Below are positions 46,288-56,502 of a DNA stretch of 64,000 nt, piece after piece; the first letter of the stretch is position 1, and each line of letters begins with the position of its first letter. The stretch is from IMG/VR virus record IMGVR_UViG_3300021387_000147; one strand, given 5' to 3'. The DNA is from a virus (Duplodnaviria > Caudoviricetes). Under the pieces are notes generated by a model. That model saw nothing but the letters and a program-made list of their open reading frames with translations. It searched no databases and was not told the DNA's origin. A program made the position numbers and the translations under genes.

Positions 46288-47328
46288 TTATTCTTCCTTT
46301 AAAAAGTCGTTAATAATTTGTTCATGATGGAATGCCAGTTTAGGCAGTTCATCGATTTGGAACCATCTTGCATCACACGCATCATCCAAACCCTTTACTT
46401 TGTCCATATCCTTTTTGGAGACACGCACACTAAATGCAACGTCAACAATCTTCATACGAGGATCAAAGTTATGGCCATAAGTCTTGATTTGTCTGAAATA
46501 CTTCGGATCAATATCAATTCCAGTTTCTTCTTTGAGCTCACGCTGAGCACCAAAATTCAAGTCTGCATCAGTCTTTTCAAAAAATCCACCAGGCAATGCC
46601 CAATAATTCTTATATGGATAATTTCCACGACGAATTAGCAAAATCTTATCACCATTGTAAGCAACCGTGTCTGTAGTCACACTCGGCTCACCCCAATGAT
46701 TCTTTTCCTTCTTAACTGCATATTCCTTAAGGAATTCCTTTTCCTTTTCATTGTAATCATTTTCATTCTGAAAATAAAGTGCATTGTCCTTAATATAACG
46801 GAATACAACATGTGTAATGTAATCTCGAACGTCACTGTAATGGCATTCAGGATTTTTAAACAAAATTTCACGAACTGCTGACGAAGAAATTCCATCAGTT
46901 GCATCTTCAGCACCAATGAAAGTCACATTTGGATTTATACCAGCCGGCAGTGTAATTTCATCATTATCTTCACGATAAAATACCAAAAATTCATAATGCT
47001 TCAAAAGCAAATCCCAATTTACCCATTTTCCAGCGCAAAGCGAATGCCATTCATCTTCACCCATACAAATCGTAATCTTTTCACCACGATAATGAGCATC
47101 AAGATATGCATAAGTTCTTTTGTCTTGAATTACAATTTCATGTGCATCCAAAGACTTCTTGACCATGTTTAGGCGGTCATTTACAGAAACATTATAATTC
47201 TTTTCATCATTTTTGACAATTCCAATAATTAACTTATCAGAATTTCTCATTTCTTTCTTAATAGTGCGGATAATTGCTTCATGCGCTTTCGTAATCGGAT
47301 CAAAAGTTCCACCGTAATAGTAAATCAT
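46288..47328 (-). CDS. Bifunctional NaMN/NMN adenylyltransferase-NUDIX hydrolase
   Basis: YGGTFDPITKAH, ISSSAVR; Nudix box WALPGGF...AQRELKEETG; LAFHH. Confidence 0.9.
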   Translation of the reverse strand: MIYYYGGTFDPITKAHEAIIRTIKKEMRNSDKLIIGIVKNDEKNYNVSVNDRLNMVKKSLDAHEIVIQDKRTYAYLDAHYRGEKITICMGEDEWHSLCAGKWVNWDLLLKHYEFLVFYREDNDEITLPAGINPNVTFIGAEDATDGISSSAVREILFKNPECHYSDVRDYITHVVFRYIKDNALYFQNENDYNEKEKEFLKEYAVKKEKNHWGEPSVTTDTVAYNGDKILLIRRGNYPYKNYWALPGGFFEKTDADLNFGAQRELKEETGIDIDPKYFRQIKTYGHNFDPRMKIVDVAFSVRVSKKDMDKVKGLDDACDARWFQIDELPKLAFHHEQIINDFLKEE

Positions 47329-47329
47329 A

Positions 47330-47581
47330 TTACCAACCTTTCATTTCCAAAATGTTCTTCTTTTCTTGAGTTTCGTTTTCCATGTGAAGCAAAGTCACTT
47401 TGTCACCAAAACGATAAGCCCAAATACGTTCATCAGGCCAAACAGAATTATGTTTAGCAATATGGTCAAATGCTTCATCAACGTCATGGAATTCCTGGCA
47501 AATGTGATGAGTCACATTAGAGACTCGCCAAAAGTCAGCTTTTCTAGGGTTCCATTCAAGCAGATATTCAAACTGTGCCAT
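47330..47581 (-). CDS. Hypothetical early protein
   Basis: GAGG RBS directly after the promoter. Confidence 0.6.
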   Translation of the reverse strand: MAQFEYLLEWNPRKADFWRVSNVTHHICQEFHDVDEAFDHIAKHNSVWPDERIWAYRFGDKVTLLHMENETQEKKNILEMKGW

Positions 47582-47607
47582 ATTTATACCTCTTTTATTT
47601 TTACAAG

Positions 47608-47667
47608 TAAAATATAGCAAAAAACAGGGCTTTTGGAAACCCTGTTTTATGTAAAATTATATTTACA
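47608..47667 (-). promoter_or_regulatory. Sigma70-type promoter with TGTAAA-N6-TTTACA operator
   Basis: TTTCCA-N17-TATATT; box 47650-47667. Confidence 0.7.
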
Positions 47668-47672
47668 AAGTG

Positions 47673-48716
47673 CTATTTTTGCGCATTTTTTTGCGCTTTT
47701 TTATACTCTGTTATGCTCTTTTGTGTACCTGCTCCATATCGGAATGCATAAATTAGGCCTTTTACAGCACTAAATAGCATATCAATATTATCTTGTTCAA
47801 AATACATGTAAAAATTGGCCGATTTTCTTCCGCATATTCCACATGAGAATGAATACAATTTTGTCCTTGTATCATAATAGACATAAATGTTCTTGTAAGA
47901 ATCATCGTAAATTGTCTTAAAAGTAAATCGCCAATCAATTTGTTCATCAGTTGGATGCTTTTTAATCTTTAAGAAATCAAATTCTTCAAAATGGTCTTCA
48001 ATATTAAGTGTATTAATTACAATAGATTTAATTTCTTTTTTAGCTTCTAATGCTTTTTTCTGAACAGCCAATGTTGCAGATTTAGAACGACCAATAATTC
48101 TTAATGCGGCATTCTTAATTGTTTCATCATTCCAAGTAGTTAACTGAGCATCTTTCTTATAACAGAAATTATCAACGTTATTATAAAGGACATGATTGTT
48201 TGTTGCTAAAATAACAGCGGCCTTCTTATCTGTTTTGAAATTAGGCAATGACCATTCTTGAACCAATCCCCATGGTAAAGAATATCTAATTTCTCTGACA
48301 TATTCACCATTTTGATTAGGTTTCTTAATGCCCTTTTCAACATTAGCGTTTTCTTCCATAATTAGTGACACAACATCACGAATATAAGATGCTCTATGTG
48401 TCCATGGAAGAGAAAGACTACCTCTATTTGCTTTATAATTGTTGTAATCATCATCTGAGAAAATGATCAACATGTTATTTCTAAAATAATCTTGAAAAAC
48501 GTTTTCAGTTGCAAACTGTTTTTTGTCCATTCTTAGATTATAGACATGATAGTTTTCAACAAGTCCAAGATACTTTAAATCAGTTCTAATCATATCATGA
48601 TGCTCAGTACAACGCCAACCTTCTTTTTCAATCTGATATGAACTATTAAACAATCTACTTAATTTTCCCTGACTATCTGTTGAGTCAGTATAACCATACA
48701 CCACAATATCAACCAT
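47673..48716 (-). CDS. Hypothetical protein
   Basis: 347-aa ORF. Confidence 0.65.
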   Translation of the reverse strand: MVDIVVYGYTDSTDSQGKLSRLFNSSYQIEKEGWRCTEHHDMIRTDLKYLGLVENYHVYNLRMDKKQFATENVFQDYFRNNMLIIFSDDDYNNYKANRGSLSLPWTHRASYIRDVVSLIMEENANVEKGIKKPNQNGEYVREIRYSLPWGLVQEWSLPNFKTDKKAAVILATNNHVLYNNVDNFCYKKDAQLTTWNDETIKNAALRIIGRSKSATLAVQKKALEAKKEIKSIVINTLNIEDHFEEFDFLKIKKHPTDEQIDWRFTFKTIYDDSYKNIYVYYDTRTKLYSFSCGICGRKSANFYMYFEQDNIDMLFSAVKGLIYAFRYGAGTQKSITEYKKAQKNAQK

Positions 48717-48719
48717 AAA

Positions 48720-48950
48720 TTAAATCCTTGATAGACCGATATACGCTCCTGTTAAAATTAAACCAATAAAAGCAACCAAAGGAAGATATTCCTTAATCGC
48801 TTCAACTAACCATTTATATGCAATTTCTGTAGACTTATTCAAATCTTCAGAGTCTTCCTTAGGCATAACCATTTCAGGGCCAAAATACCTAAAGTATTCA
48901 ACTATTGACTGCGCATAAAGGAATTTCTTAATAATAAACTTAATCATCAC
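48720..48950 (-). CDS. Small protein with C-terminal TM helix
   Basis: GAGG RBS; hydrophobic C-terminus. Confidence 0.55.
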   Translation of the reverse strand: MMIKFIIKKFLYAQSIVEYFRYFGPEMVMPKEDSEDLNKSTEIAYKWLVEAIKEYLPLVAFIGLILTGAYIGLSRI

Positions 48951-48985
48951 ACCTCATAAGAAAGACACGCTCTTTCGAACGTATC

Positions 48986-50236
48986 TTAAATAGAATAGTT
49001 AGGATTTTTCACCTTGAAAGAAACATTGTAATCATCTTTTAGACGCAATACAAATCCTTCTCTCTTGTGCTTCAAATTGTTTCCAAATACAGTATTCTTA
49101 TCAGACTGTTGCAACATAATATCTGCACCAGAGACAAATACTCCCTGTTCATTTGTATGACCTTCTGGAAGCTTGTAATGTTCATCCAGAACTGGAACAA
49201 ATGGCAAATCCCATTTCTTTGCGAAAGCGATACTTTCATCGAAGTTCAACTTTACCCACTTTCCTTCAACCTTCTTGTAGAAGTCGAAGAAATATACTTC
49301 TGTTCTCTTCAATTGGTAGATATTTCCCTGAATTCCTGGTCCAACATGTTCACCACGGCAGAACCATTCTCCAGGAATATTCTTAATCTTTTCATCCAAA
49401 TGAAGTCTCTTGACAGTGTCCCAGAAACCATGAGAATTACCATTAGGATTTAATTCACGAGTTCTAGAACATACGCCAATTCGCTTGGTCTTTCTTCCAA
49501 ACCAACCATTAACAATTTCAGAGTATACAGTGATATTCTGACCTTCAAGCTTTTCAGTTGCTACCCATTCCTTGTCTGCGTATTGAGCAAACATCTTAGT
49601 GTAAATCTTCTGCACATTTTCTTCATCAGACTTACTTGGGAATGTTGGATCCCATACTTCCGCAATATTATGACGCTTACGCCAATTACGGAACCACTTG
49701 TATTTCATCAACTTACGGACAAGCCATCCATCCTTCTTACCAGTATTCAATCCTGCTTCTTCTTCATCCTGCACAATTTCTGTAATATTGAACTGAATAG
49801 TGAAGTCCTGACCTTCCTTTACCTTGTCAGTAATTCCAAGATCAACAGGACGGAACAAAATACCCTGAGAAATTACACCAAACTTGGACAACTTCATACT
49901 CTTAATCTTGAACTTCTTATCACGTAAGAATTCAAAGTAAGGATATTTAGATTGTTCTTGAAGTGCCTTCAATGCATGTTCTCTTTCTTCATCGGTCATG
50001 TTCTTACCGATTTCATGATTTTTAAGCAAATTATACTTAATAGACAATTCACTATCAAGACCATCTGGAAGAAGAGAATCAACTTCAACATAAATTCCCA
50101 TATCACCAGGCTTGTATTCGCCCTTCTTTACAACAACAGTGTAGTCCATAACAGTTGCCAATTCAATTCTATCAGCACCTGGAATTTCACGGATTTCCTT
50201 AATCTTTACACCGTATGCCAATTTCTTTCCGTACAT
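48986..50236 (-). CDS. RNA ligase, DRB0094/Rnl2-type with N-terminal OB fold
   Basis: IPGADRIELA, YVEVDSLLP, ATEKLEG, RGEHVGPGIQGNIY, FFDF, REGFV, SFKVKN. Confidence 0.9.
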   Translation of the reverse strand: MYGKKLAYGVKIKEIREIPGADRIELATVMDYTVVVKKGEYKPGDMGIYVEVDSLLPDGLDSELSIKYNLLKNHEIGKNMTDEEREHALKALQEQSKYPYFEFLRDKKFKIKSMKLSKFGVISQGILFRPVDLGITDKVKEGQDFTIQFNITEIVQDEEEAGLNTGKKDGWLVRKLMKYKWFRNWRKRHNIAEVWDPTFPSKSDEENVQKIYTKMFAQYADKEWVATEKLEGQNITVYSEIVNGWFGRKTKRIGVCSRTRELNPNGNSHGFWDTVKRLHLDEKIKNIPGEWFCRGEHVGPGIQGNIYQLKRTEVYFFDFYKKVEGKWVKLNFDESIAFAKKWDLPFVPVLDEHYKLPEGHTNEQGVFVSGADIMLQQSDKNTVFGNNLKHKREGFVLRLKDDYNVSFKVKNPNYSI

Positions 50237-50239
50237 TTT

Positions 50240-50479
50240 TTAATTCTCCTTTACTACTGGATGAGTTTTATCTTTTGCTACTGACAAAATAGTAATGTTA
50301 GTGTAGTATTCCTTTAATTCCTTTTCCAATTCTTTCTTTACTTCATCTTCAGACGAGCCATATCGCTTATAAAAGCATACATGACCATTAACACCAACTT
50401 CAGCCTTATAACGTTCACGTTTTGTTTCAGTCACAGCATCCATAATTAAACCTTTTATTTTCTTGAGTATTCTTTTCAT
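50240..50479 (-). CDS. Hypothetical protein
   Basis: Short ORF in operon. Confidence 0.5.
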   Translation of the reverse strand: MKRILKKIKGLIMDAVTETKRERYKAEVGVNGHVCFYKRYGSSEDEVKKELEKELKEYYTNITILSVAKDKTHPVVKEN

Positions 50480-51138
50480 TAAATGCTCTTGATTAAAAAT
50501 TCCTTTTCAATTTTTGATTGTAAATGTTCTCCCAAATGATCTCTTTCTTCTCGAAGTGCAGACATTCTATTTTCAATATCTTGCACACCATCACGAAATT
50601 CTTTATTATACTTCTTTAACAAATCTATAGTCATTTGTTTTTGTGCTTCTAGATTTTGCGTATAATCAACAATAAAGTTTGCTAAATCTAATTCATCATA
50701 AAATGGACAATGCATAGCTGTAGGCTCATCCGCCATGGCTGGCAAATAGTATTTACTTGCTTGATGTGATTCTGCATTAGTATTTGGAATAGAGATTTGA
50801 TATATCTTTTGCATAGTCACTCTATCTTCCAATCTAGCGATAGAACAAACAGCATTTCTCAATTGATCTTTGACAGTTCGCTTTAAATAACCATACAAAG
50901 TAATATAATGAATTCCTTCAACATGCTTAAGTGGAATGAAACGAATTTCTCCCAAAACCATATCATTCTTATAAATTAAATCATAACAATTCAATTCACT
51001 AGAAGGAAGTGCAGAGCCACCATAAGAAATTGGGTAGCCATGCATGTAACTTCCAAAACCCTGACCATAAGAATTACGATGACGTTCAATCTTATAGTCA
51101 GAATTTAATGATGGGATAAGTTCTTCAATTTTAAGCAT
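50479..51138 (-). CDS. C-terminal helix family member
   Basis: Ends SKIEKEFLIKSI. Confidence 0.6.
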   Translation of the reverse strand: MLKIEELIPSLNSDYKIERHRNSYGQGFGSYMHGYPISYGGSALPSSELNCYDLIYKNDMVLGEIRFIPLKHVEGIHYITLYGYLKRTVKDQLRNAVCSIARLEDRVTMQKIYQISIPNTNAESHQASKYYLPAMADEPTAMHCPFYDELDLANFIVDYTQNLEAQKQMTIDLLKKYNKEFRDGVQDIENRMSALREERDHLGEHLQSKIEKEFLIKSI

Positions 51139-51868
51139 CTTTCTTACGCCAAATAATTGCTGCAGTCTTGAAGTAATCGCCACTCCATTCGAGAATTCCC
51201 TTATTGTAATCAAGGCACACATTGCGATAATGCGTCAAATCAATTACACGTTCAGGATAGCGCTTTTCAATCTTGCTCTGTTCTTGACCATTTTCGTCAA
51301 ATACACGCTTTTCCATTGCGTAGTTTTCAAAGTCATAACAGAAATAATCTTCCTCAATCGCAAGGTCATGAGTGTGACCATACAAATTAACGAAGTTTCC
51401 ACCCTTTGCAATATAGACAGGTTCATGCGAAAGAATGTATTTGTTTTCGATAATGACAGGAGTATCGTATACTTTGTCAAAACCAAGCGCATAGTAATAG
51501 TCAACACGAGACTTGCCTTCGAAATGCACATTGTCATGATTTCCGAGAACAAGGAACAAGCGACGACCATTTCCCTTCATACGCTTAACCATTTCTTTCA
51601 GTTCATTTATCTTGTCTTCATTCAAGTATTCATTGTGACGACCAGTTCCACAGAAAAAGCAGTCACCCAAATTCCAAATATCGCAGTTGTCAGGAAGATA
51701 GTCGAACATTTTCAAAATATCTTCATTCATGCGATTTACTTCCGGAATGTTTGCCGGATTTCTATTCGAACCTTCAACATGATAAGGACGTCCGCAATAT
51801 TTGATAATATTGGAATGACCCAAATGAAGGTCTGAAATAATAAAAGTCTGTCGAGTTCTTTGCAACAT
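51131..51868 (-). CDS. Calcineurin-like metallophosphoesterase
   Basis: ISDLHLGH, LGD, LGNHD, LSHEP, YGHTH. Confidence 0.9.
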   Translation of the reverse strand: MLQRTRQTFIISDLHLGHSNIIKYCGRPYHVEGSNRNPANIPEVNRMNEDILKMFDYLPDNCDIWNLGDCFFCGTGRHNEYLNEDKINELKEMVKRMKGNGRRLFLVLGNHDNVHFEGKSRVDYYYALGFDKVYDTPVIIENKYILSHEPVYIAKGGNFVNLYGHTHDLAIEEDYFCYDFENYAMEKRVFDENGQEQSKIEKRYPERVIDLTHYRNVCLDYNKGILEWSGDYFKTAAIIWRKKDA

Positions 51869-51894
51869 TTAATAATTCCTTAATTTTTACAAGA

Positions 51895-51999
51895 TATAAT
51901 ATAATAAAAAAGGGCTTCATTGGAAACCCTTTTATTTGTAAAATTTTGTTTACGTAGCTGTTCGTAGATTGTTCGTAATATGTAAATAAAATGTTTACA
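51895..51999 (-). promoter_or_regulatory. Sigma70-type promoter with TGTAAA operator and TGTTCGTA repeats
   Basis: TTTCCA-N17-TATATT; box 51937-51954 (1 mismatch); TGTTCGTA at 51959 and 51970. Confidence 0.7.
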
Positions 52000-52591
52000 A
52001 TGCTGTAATGCTAAATCCAAGACTACTTTTTAGTGAGACGTCGTCTATATTAGCGCCAAAATTTGGTGCTAATTTATCAAATGCTTCATTTATCTTTATT
52101 CCATTTTCAGATGAGCACCACATCCATCTTTTTAACATATTACAAGTATACATATTAGGAAATCTACATGGATTTTCCTTACGTGTTTCCCATTCTTTGT
52201 CAGGATAACAATCTTGAATATACTTAACAAAAGCTTGAGAACGAGACATTCCTGCATTACAATGAATGTAGAAATCACAATCAATATGTTTGTCTATAAA
52301 TTCACATGCACGAATGACTTGTCTTTTATTAATATTGTAAGCAGTATAATCACCACAATTTCTTACTGCTTCATTAATATCATCAAAATCAAGATTTAAT
52401 ACATTCTTAGCATCATAAAAATAATGTTCATCATGCTGACCTTGATAATGAGCAGAATGATAATTTTCTCTTACTGCCTTTGTGCAACAAATGGAGATTA
52501 TAGCCACATTATCTGGAATGTGACCATTAGTCCAACCATTTTCTTTCATTGCATTTATAAAGTCTTTACGTGAATAACAATAGAGTTTCAT
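51995..52591 (-). CDS. Cys-based (PTP/dual-specificity) phosphatase
   Basis: IHCNAGMSRS P-loop; LDFDDI. Confidence 0.85.
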   Translation of the reverse strand: MKLYCYSRKDFINAMKENGWTNGHIPDNVAIISICCTKAVRENYHSAHYQGQHDEHYFYDAKNVLNLDFDDINEAVRNCGDYTAYNINKRQVIRACEFIDKHIDCDFYIHCNAGMSRSQAFVKYIQDCYPDKEWETRKENPCRFPNMYTCNMLKRWMWCSSENGIKINEAFDKLAPNFGANIDDVSLKSSLGFSITAL

Positions 52592-52592
52592 A

Positions 52593-52922
52593 TTATTTTG
52601 CTGCGATTGACCAATCAAACTTATCAGTCAAATCATTCTTGTTAAAGTAAATTATCCAATTTCTTGTTTTTATATCTTTATCCATGTGTTCAACAGCATC
52701 AATGATACCACCTTCTAAGACAAGACGGTTCTTATCAGAGAATGAAGTATTTAAGATATTCAATGCTGAATTTGTCACATAGAATGTATGACCCTTATAA
52801 GTCATAATTTCCTTATATTCAGTCTTTTCAAATTTCTTCTTGTCTGATGGATTTATACAGAATCCAATCATAAAGCCAAGAGCAAATCCAACCAATAAAC
52901 TAATAGCGATTACTAATGCCAT
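52593..52922 (-). CDS. Membrane-anchored hypothetical protein
   Basis: N-terminal TM helix. Confidence 0.6.
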   Translation of the reverse strand: MALVIAISLLVGFALGFMIGFCINPSDKKKFEKTEYKEIMTYKGHTFYVTNSALNILNTSFSDKNRLVLEGGIIDAVEHMDKDIKTRNWIIYFNKNDLTDKFDWSIAAK

Positions 52923-52936
52923 TTTTCACTCCTTTT

Positions 52937-53845
52937 TTAAACATCAATTATAGCATCTTCAATTGTATATATTTTACCATTATAACCAAGTCTACCTTTA
53001 GTATCATCATAATTCCATTCAAATCCCTGTAAAGAGTTTTCTCCTGGATAACCATGAGGTCTTGCCATAATAGTTATTTTGTTTCCTTTGTCATTGATAT
53101 ATTCAGCAGTAGCAAACTGGTGAATATGACCACATATCCAAATAGAACCATCTGCCATTTCATCTAAGAATTTCTTTCCAGTGAAATAGAACATTGGATT
53201 TAGATAGTTATTTCTATATTCCCAACCAACACCTAATTCAACAGGACAAAAATGAGTCACCATGACTTTTGGCTGTTTCTTAACCAATTCCATCATAAGT
53301 TTTTCATAATGGTCCCAAATGACTAAAGGCATTTGATCAAAATACTTCCAATAACAACCATCAAACCATTGTCTTCTCCAAATTAGAGGCATTGTTCCAG
53401 CAAATGATGGCATGACTTCTGCTTTGAAGTCACTCATACCCATACATCCAGCAAATGGACCATAAGTATCACCTTCTAATAAATGGACATTTGGAATTTT
53501 ATTACAGAAATCAATTAAATGATTTATTTTCATTTCTGAATTAACAAAGTTTCTATTTGATTCTGAACAAGTTGCACCTTTGACAACCAAATCATGATTA
53601 CCAAGTGTTATAACAACTTCTTTATATTTGTCTTTAATGAAATTAACAAATTGTTTCCAAGATCGTGCATCATTAGATATATCACCAGCTATAACGATAC
53701 CTTCAGTCTGTGGAAGTTGTTTCATATTCCACCACTTTGTAAAAGTATCATTTGCTTGTTCATCTGACCAATCATTTTGTTGCTTCTTATTATAAAGCCT
53801 AAAATTAAAGTCAGCATGCATATCTGATAATACTAGATATTTCAT
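52937..53845 (-). CDS. Calcineurin-like metallophosphoesterase
   Basis: LSDMH, IAGDI, LGNHD, VTHF, CGHIH. Confidence 0.9.
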   Translation of the reverse strand: MKYLVLSDMHADFNFRLYNKKQQNDWSDEQANDTFTKWWNMKQLPQTEGIVIAGDISNDARSWKQFVNFIKDKYKEVVITLGNHDLVVKGATCSESNRNFVNSEMKINHLIDFCNKIPNVHLLEGDTYGPFAGCMGMSDFKAEVMPSFAGTMPLIWRRQWFDGCYWKYFDQMPLVIWDHYEKLMMELVKKQPKVMVTHFCPVELGVGWEYRNNYLNPMFYFTGKKFLDEMADGSIWICGHIHQFATAEYINDKGNKITIMARPHGYPGENSLQGFEWNYDDTKGRLGYNGKIYTIEDAIIDV

Positions 53846-54030
53846 TTATTTTCCTTAACGTATTTTTCAACAATTTCTTTAAACTTTCCTGATTTAACAG
53901 CCTCAGAAATTAGATTTTGTAAGTAAGTTGGTATATCAACACCAGCTTCATCTGCTAATTTCTTATAAACTTCATACTCTTCTTGAGTCAATTCAATTTC
54001 AACTTCTTCCCAATCATTTTCCTGGCTCAT
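53842..54030 (-). CDS. Small ribbon-helix-helix-like protein
   Basis: VEIELTQEEYEVYKKLADEAGVDIPTYL. Confidence 0.45.
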   Translation of the reverse strand: MSQENDWEEVEIELTQEEYEVYKKLADEAGVDIPTYLQNLISEAVKSGKFKEIVEKYVKENK

Positions 54031-54355
54031 CTTCTTTCTCCACCATTCTATATAAAGTATCTACTTGACGTTTTCTTTGATCTGTCACTTTAATCATTTG
54101 ACTAAGATAATCTAACACATACCAGAAAACAAAGACTCCAAAAATATACACTACATACATTGGAGCTGTTGCTGATAAAAATGATTCAATTAATAAGGCT
54201 AAACAAACTAAAAGAAGCAATATCATAAAATAACAAATAAAGTCAATAGCTTTATAACACCACTGATATACACCAATGAGTTCAAGCTTTTCTTTCTTGC
54301 TTTTATCTTGTATTTCTTTTTGAAGTTCTTTATCCATTATCTTGTATTTAACCAA
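54014..54355 (-). CDS. Two-TM membrane protein
   Basis: Two hydrophobic helices. Confidence 0.6.
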   Translation of the reverse strand: MVKYKIMDKELQKEIQDKSKKEKLELIGVYQWCYKAIDFICYFMILLLLVCLALLIESFLSATAPMYVVYIFGVFVFWYVLDYLSQMIKVTDQRKRQVDTLYRMVEKEDEPGK

Positions 54356-54837
54356 TAAATTTTATTAACTGTATCAGTCAACATTTCTTTCAAATCATAA
54401 AAGACTTTCTTATTAATCATATCACATCTAATTTTGATATAATCATTCTTTGGTGCATCAATTGGAAAACCAATTACAGAATTAGGTTCTTTAAACCATT
54501 CACCAAATTCAATATTTGTTGTAAATGCTGGATGAGTTTTATCTCTTGCAATCCAAAATACAACAAACTGTGCATCATGCATTGCTTTGTATTCCCATTC
54601 AGTCTGTTTTCTTAATGTATCTGGATCATTCTTTCTATAATTTTGATAATCTGGATTGGATGGAGAAATTACTACACCATCAAAACCAAGATCTTCAAGT
54701 ATTTTAAATGCTTCAAATCTCCAATCATTATTAAAATCAATTCTTGGACATGGACCTGCTAAAAAGATACTTCTTTTATTCTTAATATCATCTAAACTTG
54801 TAAATTTGCCATCAACAATAGGTTTTCTAATCTCCAT
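54337..54837 (-). CDS. Nucleoside 2-deoxyribosyltransferase-like protein
   Basis: SIFLAGP, WRFEA, QTEWE, VFW, TTNIEFGEW. Confidence 0.8.
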   Translation of the reverse strand: MEIRKPIVDGKFTSLDDIKNKRSIFLAGPCPRIDFNNDWRFEAFKILEDLGFDGVVISPSNPDYQNYRKNDPDTLRKQTEWEYKAMHDAQFVVFWIARDKTHPAFTTNIEFGEWFKEPNSVIGFPIDAPKNDYIKIRCDMINKKVFYDLKEMLTDTVNKIYWLNTR

Positions 54838-55544
54838 TACCAACTCTCCGTATAAACTAATAATTCGTCATCAGTCATATCATTATAAACATTTTTGAAT
54901 GCTTCTAAATAATGCTTAATTGTATCTAATGAATAATTCCAATCTGGACGTGAATTAAAAATACAGTCATGCAAAATTGGAAATTCTTTATCCATCACTT
55001 TTCTATTTACTTCAGGAGCAACAGGCTTAAAATCATCAAAATAACTTACGACAATTGAGCTATTGATAACATTTTTCAATTTATCTATAATGACTTTAAC
55101 ATCTGACTTTTTAAGAATAAAATCATCACCATCAAATGTTTTAAAAGTATCGCCATCTTTCACAGACATTTGATCCATATTCAAACTATATAAGTATTGA
55201 ATGAACCAATAATGTTTTCTCATATATAAATTTTCAATTTCATAATAATTACAATTCGATTTAGCGCATTCTCTACGTGTCGCTAATTCATTGTCATTAT
55301 TTATTTCTTCTTCTGTAGCAAAAGTTTTAATACTATATGAATATGGGTTATCTTCATCTGCATAATTTTTATCACTTTGATGCTTTGATTCCCAATCACA
55401 ATATTTGTCATACGCTTCATTTACTTCTTTTTCATACTTTGTCCATAAGAAGGTATTATAATTGTTATAATTATATGAAGCAGTCAAATACTTATTATAC
55501 AAATCTAAATTCTTTGCTCTATGTGCATATACATCCAAACCCAT
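54837..55544 (-). CDS. Conserved phage hypothetical protein
   Basis: MGLDVY start, YMRKH, ends YTESW. Confidence 0.6.
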   Translation of the reverse strand: MGLDVYAHRAKNLDLYNKYLTASYNYNNYNTFLWTKYEKEVNEAYDKYCDWESKHQSDKNYADEDNPYSYSIKTFATEEEINNDNELATRRECAKSNCNYYEIENLYMRKHYWFIQYLYSLNMDQMSVKDGDTFKTFDGDDFILKKSDVKVIIDKLKNVINSSIVVSYFDDFKPVAPEVNRKVMDKEFPILHDCIFNSRPDWNYSLDTIKHYLEAFKNVYNDMTDDELLVYTESW

Positions 55545-55545
55545 T

Positions 55546-55815
55546 TTATCCCTCAATATGATTTGTCATTAATTTATGTTCTTTTGCTAAAATAGTATAT
55601 GCTGCGGCTTTTACTGCCATATCATACTTATACTTTTCATCTATATTGACTAATTTGGCATTATAATCTGAGCGTAATTCTTTTGAATTTGTCTCAATTA
55701 AACCAAAGAAATATGAACGTGTCTTTTGTACAATATAGAAATTAACAACTTGAGCATCTATCACTCGAGTTTCCTTCTTTAGTATCTTCATTTCTGCACT
55801 GTAAAAAGGTTTCAT
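55546..55815 (-). CDS. Hypothetical protein
   Basis: ORF in operon. Confidence 0.55.
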   Translation of the reverse strand: MKPFYSAEMKILKKETRVIDAQVVNFYIVQKTRSYFFGLIETNSKELRSDYNAKLVNIDEKYKYDMAVKAAAYTILAKEHKLMTNHIEG

Positions 55816-56438
55816 TTTTCAATTTCCACTTTGTCAACTTCTAACCAACCGTCATCAGTTTCTTTGTAAGTGACTCTTTTATGTTCCTTACCAAACTGAG
55901 TATAACCAAATCTTGAATTGACTACTTTTTGTTTTTCCAATTCAACATCTAATTCTTCTTTTGTCCATTCAGGATGGTCAATTTCCATATACTTTCTAGC
56001 ACAATCCTGACAAAGATTTCTTATCCAACCAGAACTACTTGTCCATATTACTCGTTTACCATTTTCTCTTGGCTCTGCTCCACAATCTTCACAAATCCAT
56101 TCTGATAAACTTTCTGCAATAGATTCCAAACGGTCATCTGTTGTTGGACAATAAATTCTTAACTGTCCAAACTTTTCTTTTATATCCTCAAATCTAAAAG
56201 CCTTCTTGTCAGCTTTTGACATTTTGTCATATTCTTTAAAAAGTCTTGGAAGATAACGATTTTTCCATAAATCCTCCCAACCATTACCATCCCAATAATT
56301 GTAATAGTTAACTTCTAGATTTTTGGATTTTCCATGAAACATTTGTTGGCCCTTATAATTATGATACCTCAAAAACGGGTACTTTTTCATAAGTGCCAAT
56401 AAATCTTCATCTTTTATAGGATATTTTGCTTTCTTCAT
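55812..56438 (-). CDS. Phage hypothetical protein with Zn ribbon
   Basis: IKEKFGQLRIY, ICEDCG...LCQDC; promoter TTGACA-N17-TATATT at about 56445-56473. Confidence 0.65.
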   Translation of the reverse strand: MKKAKYPIKDEDLLALMKKYPFLRYHNYKGQQMFHGKSKNLEVNYYNYWDGNGWEDLWKNRYLPRLFKEYDKMSKADKKAFRFEDIKEKFGQLRIYCPTTDDRLESIAESLSEWICEDCGAEPRENGKRVIWTSSSGWIRNLCQDCARKYMEIDHPEWTKEELDVELEKQKVVNSRFGYTQFGKEHKRVTYKETDDGWLEVDKVEIEK

Positions 56439-56502
56439 AGTCTAAATATAATAAATCATGACTATTTTGTCAATCCTATAGAAAAATTAAGAACCAAGAT
56501 TT

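Noticed and set aside
47581-47588. Late promoter TATAAATA
   Set aside because: It overlaps the RBS spacer and start codon of a gene already served by a boxed promoter; probably chance in AT-rich DNA
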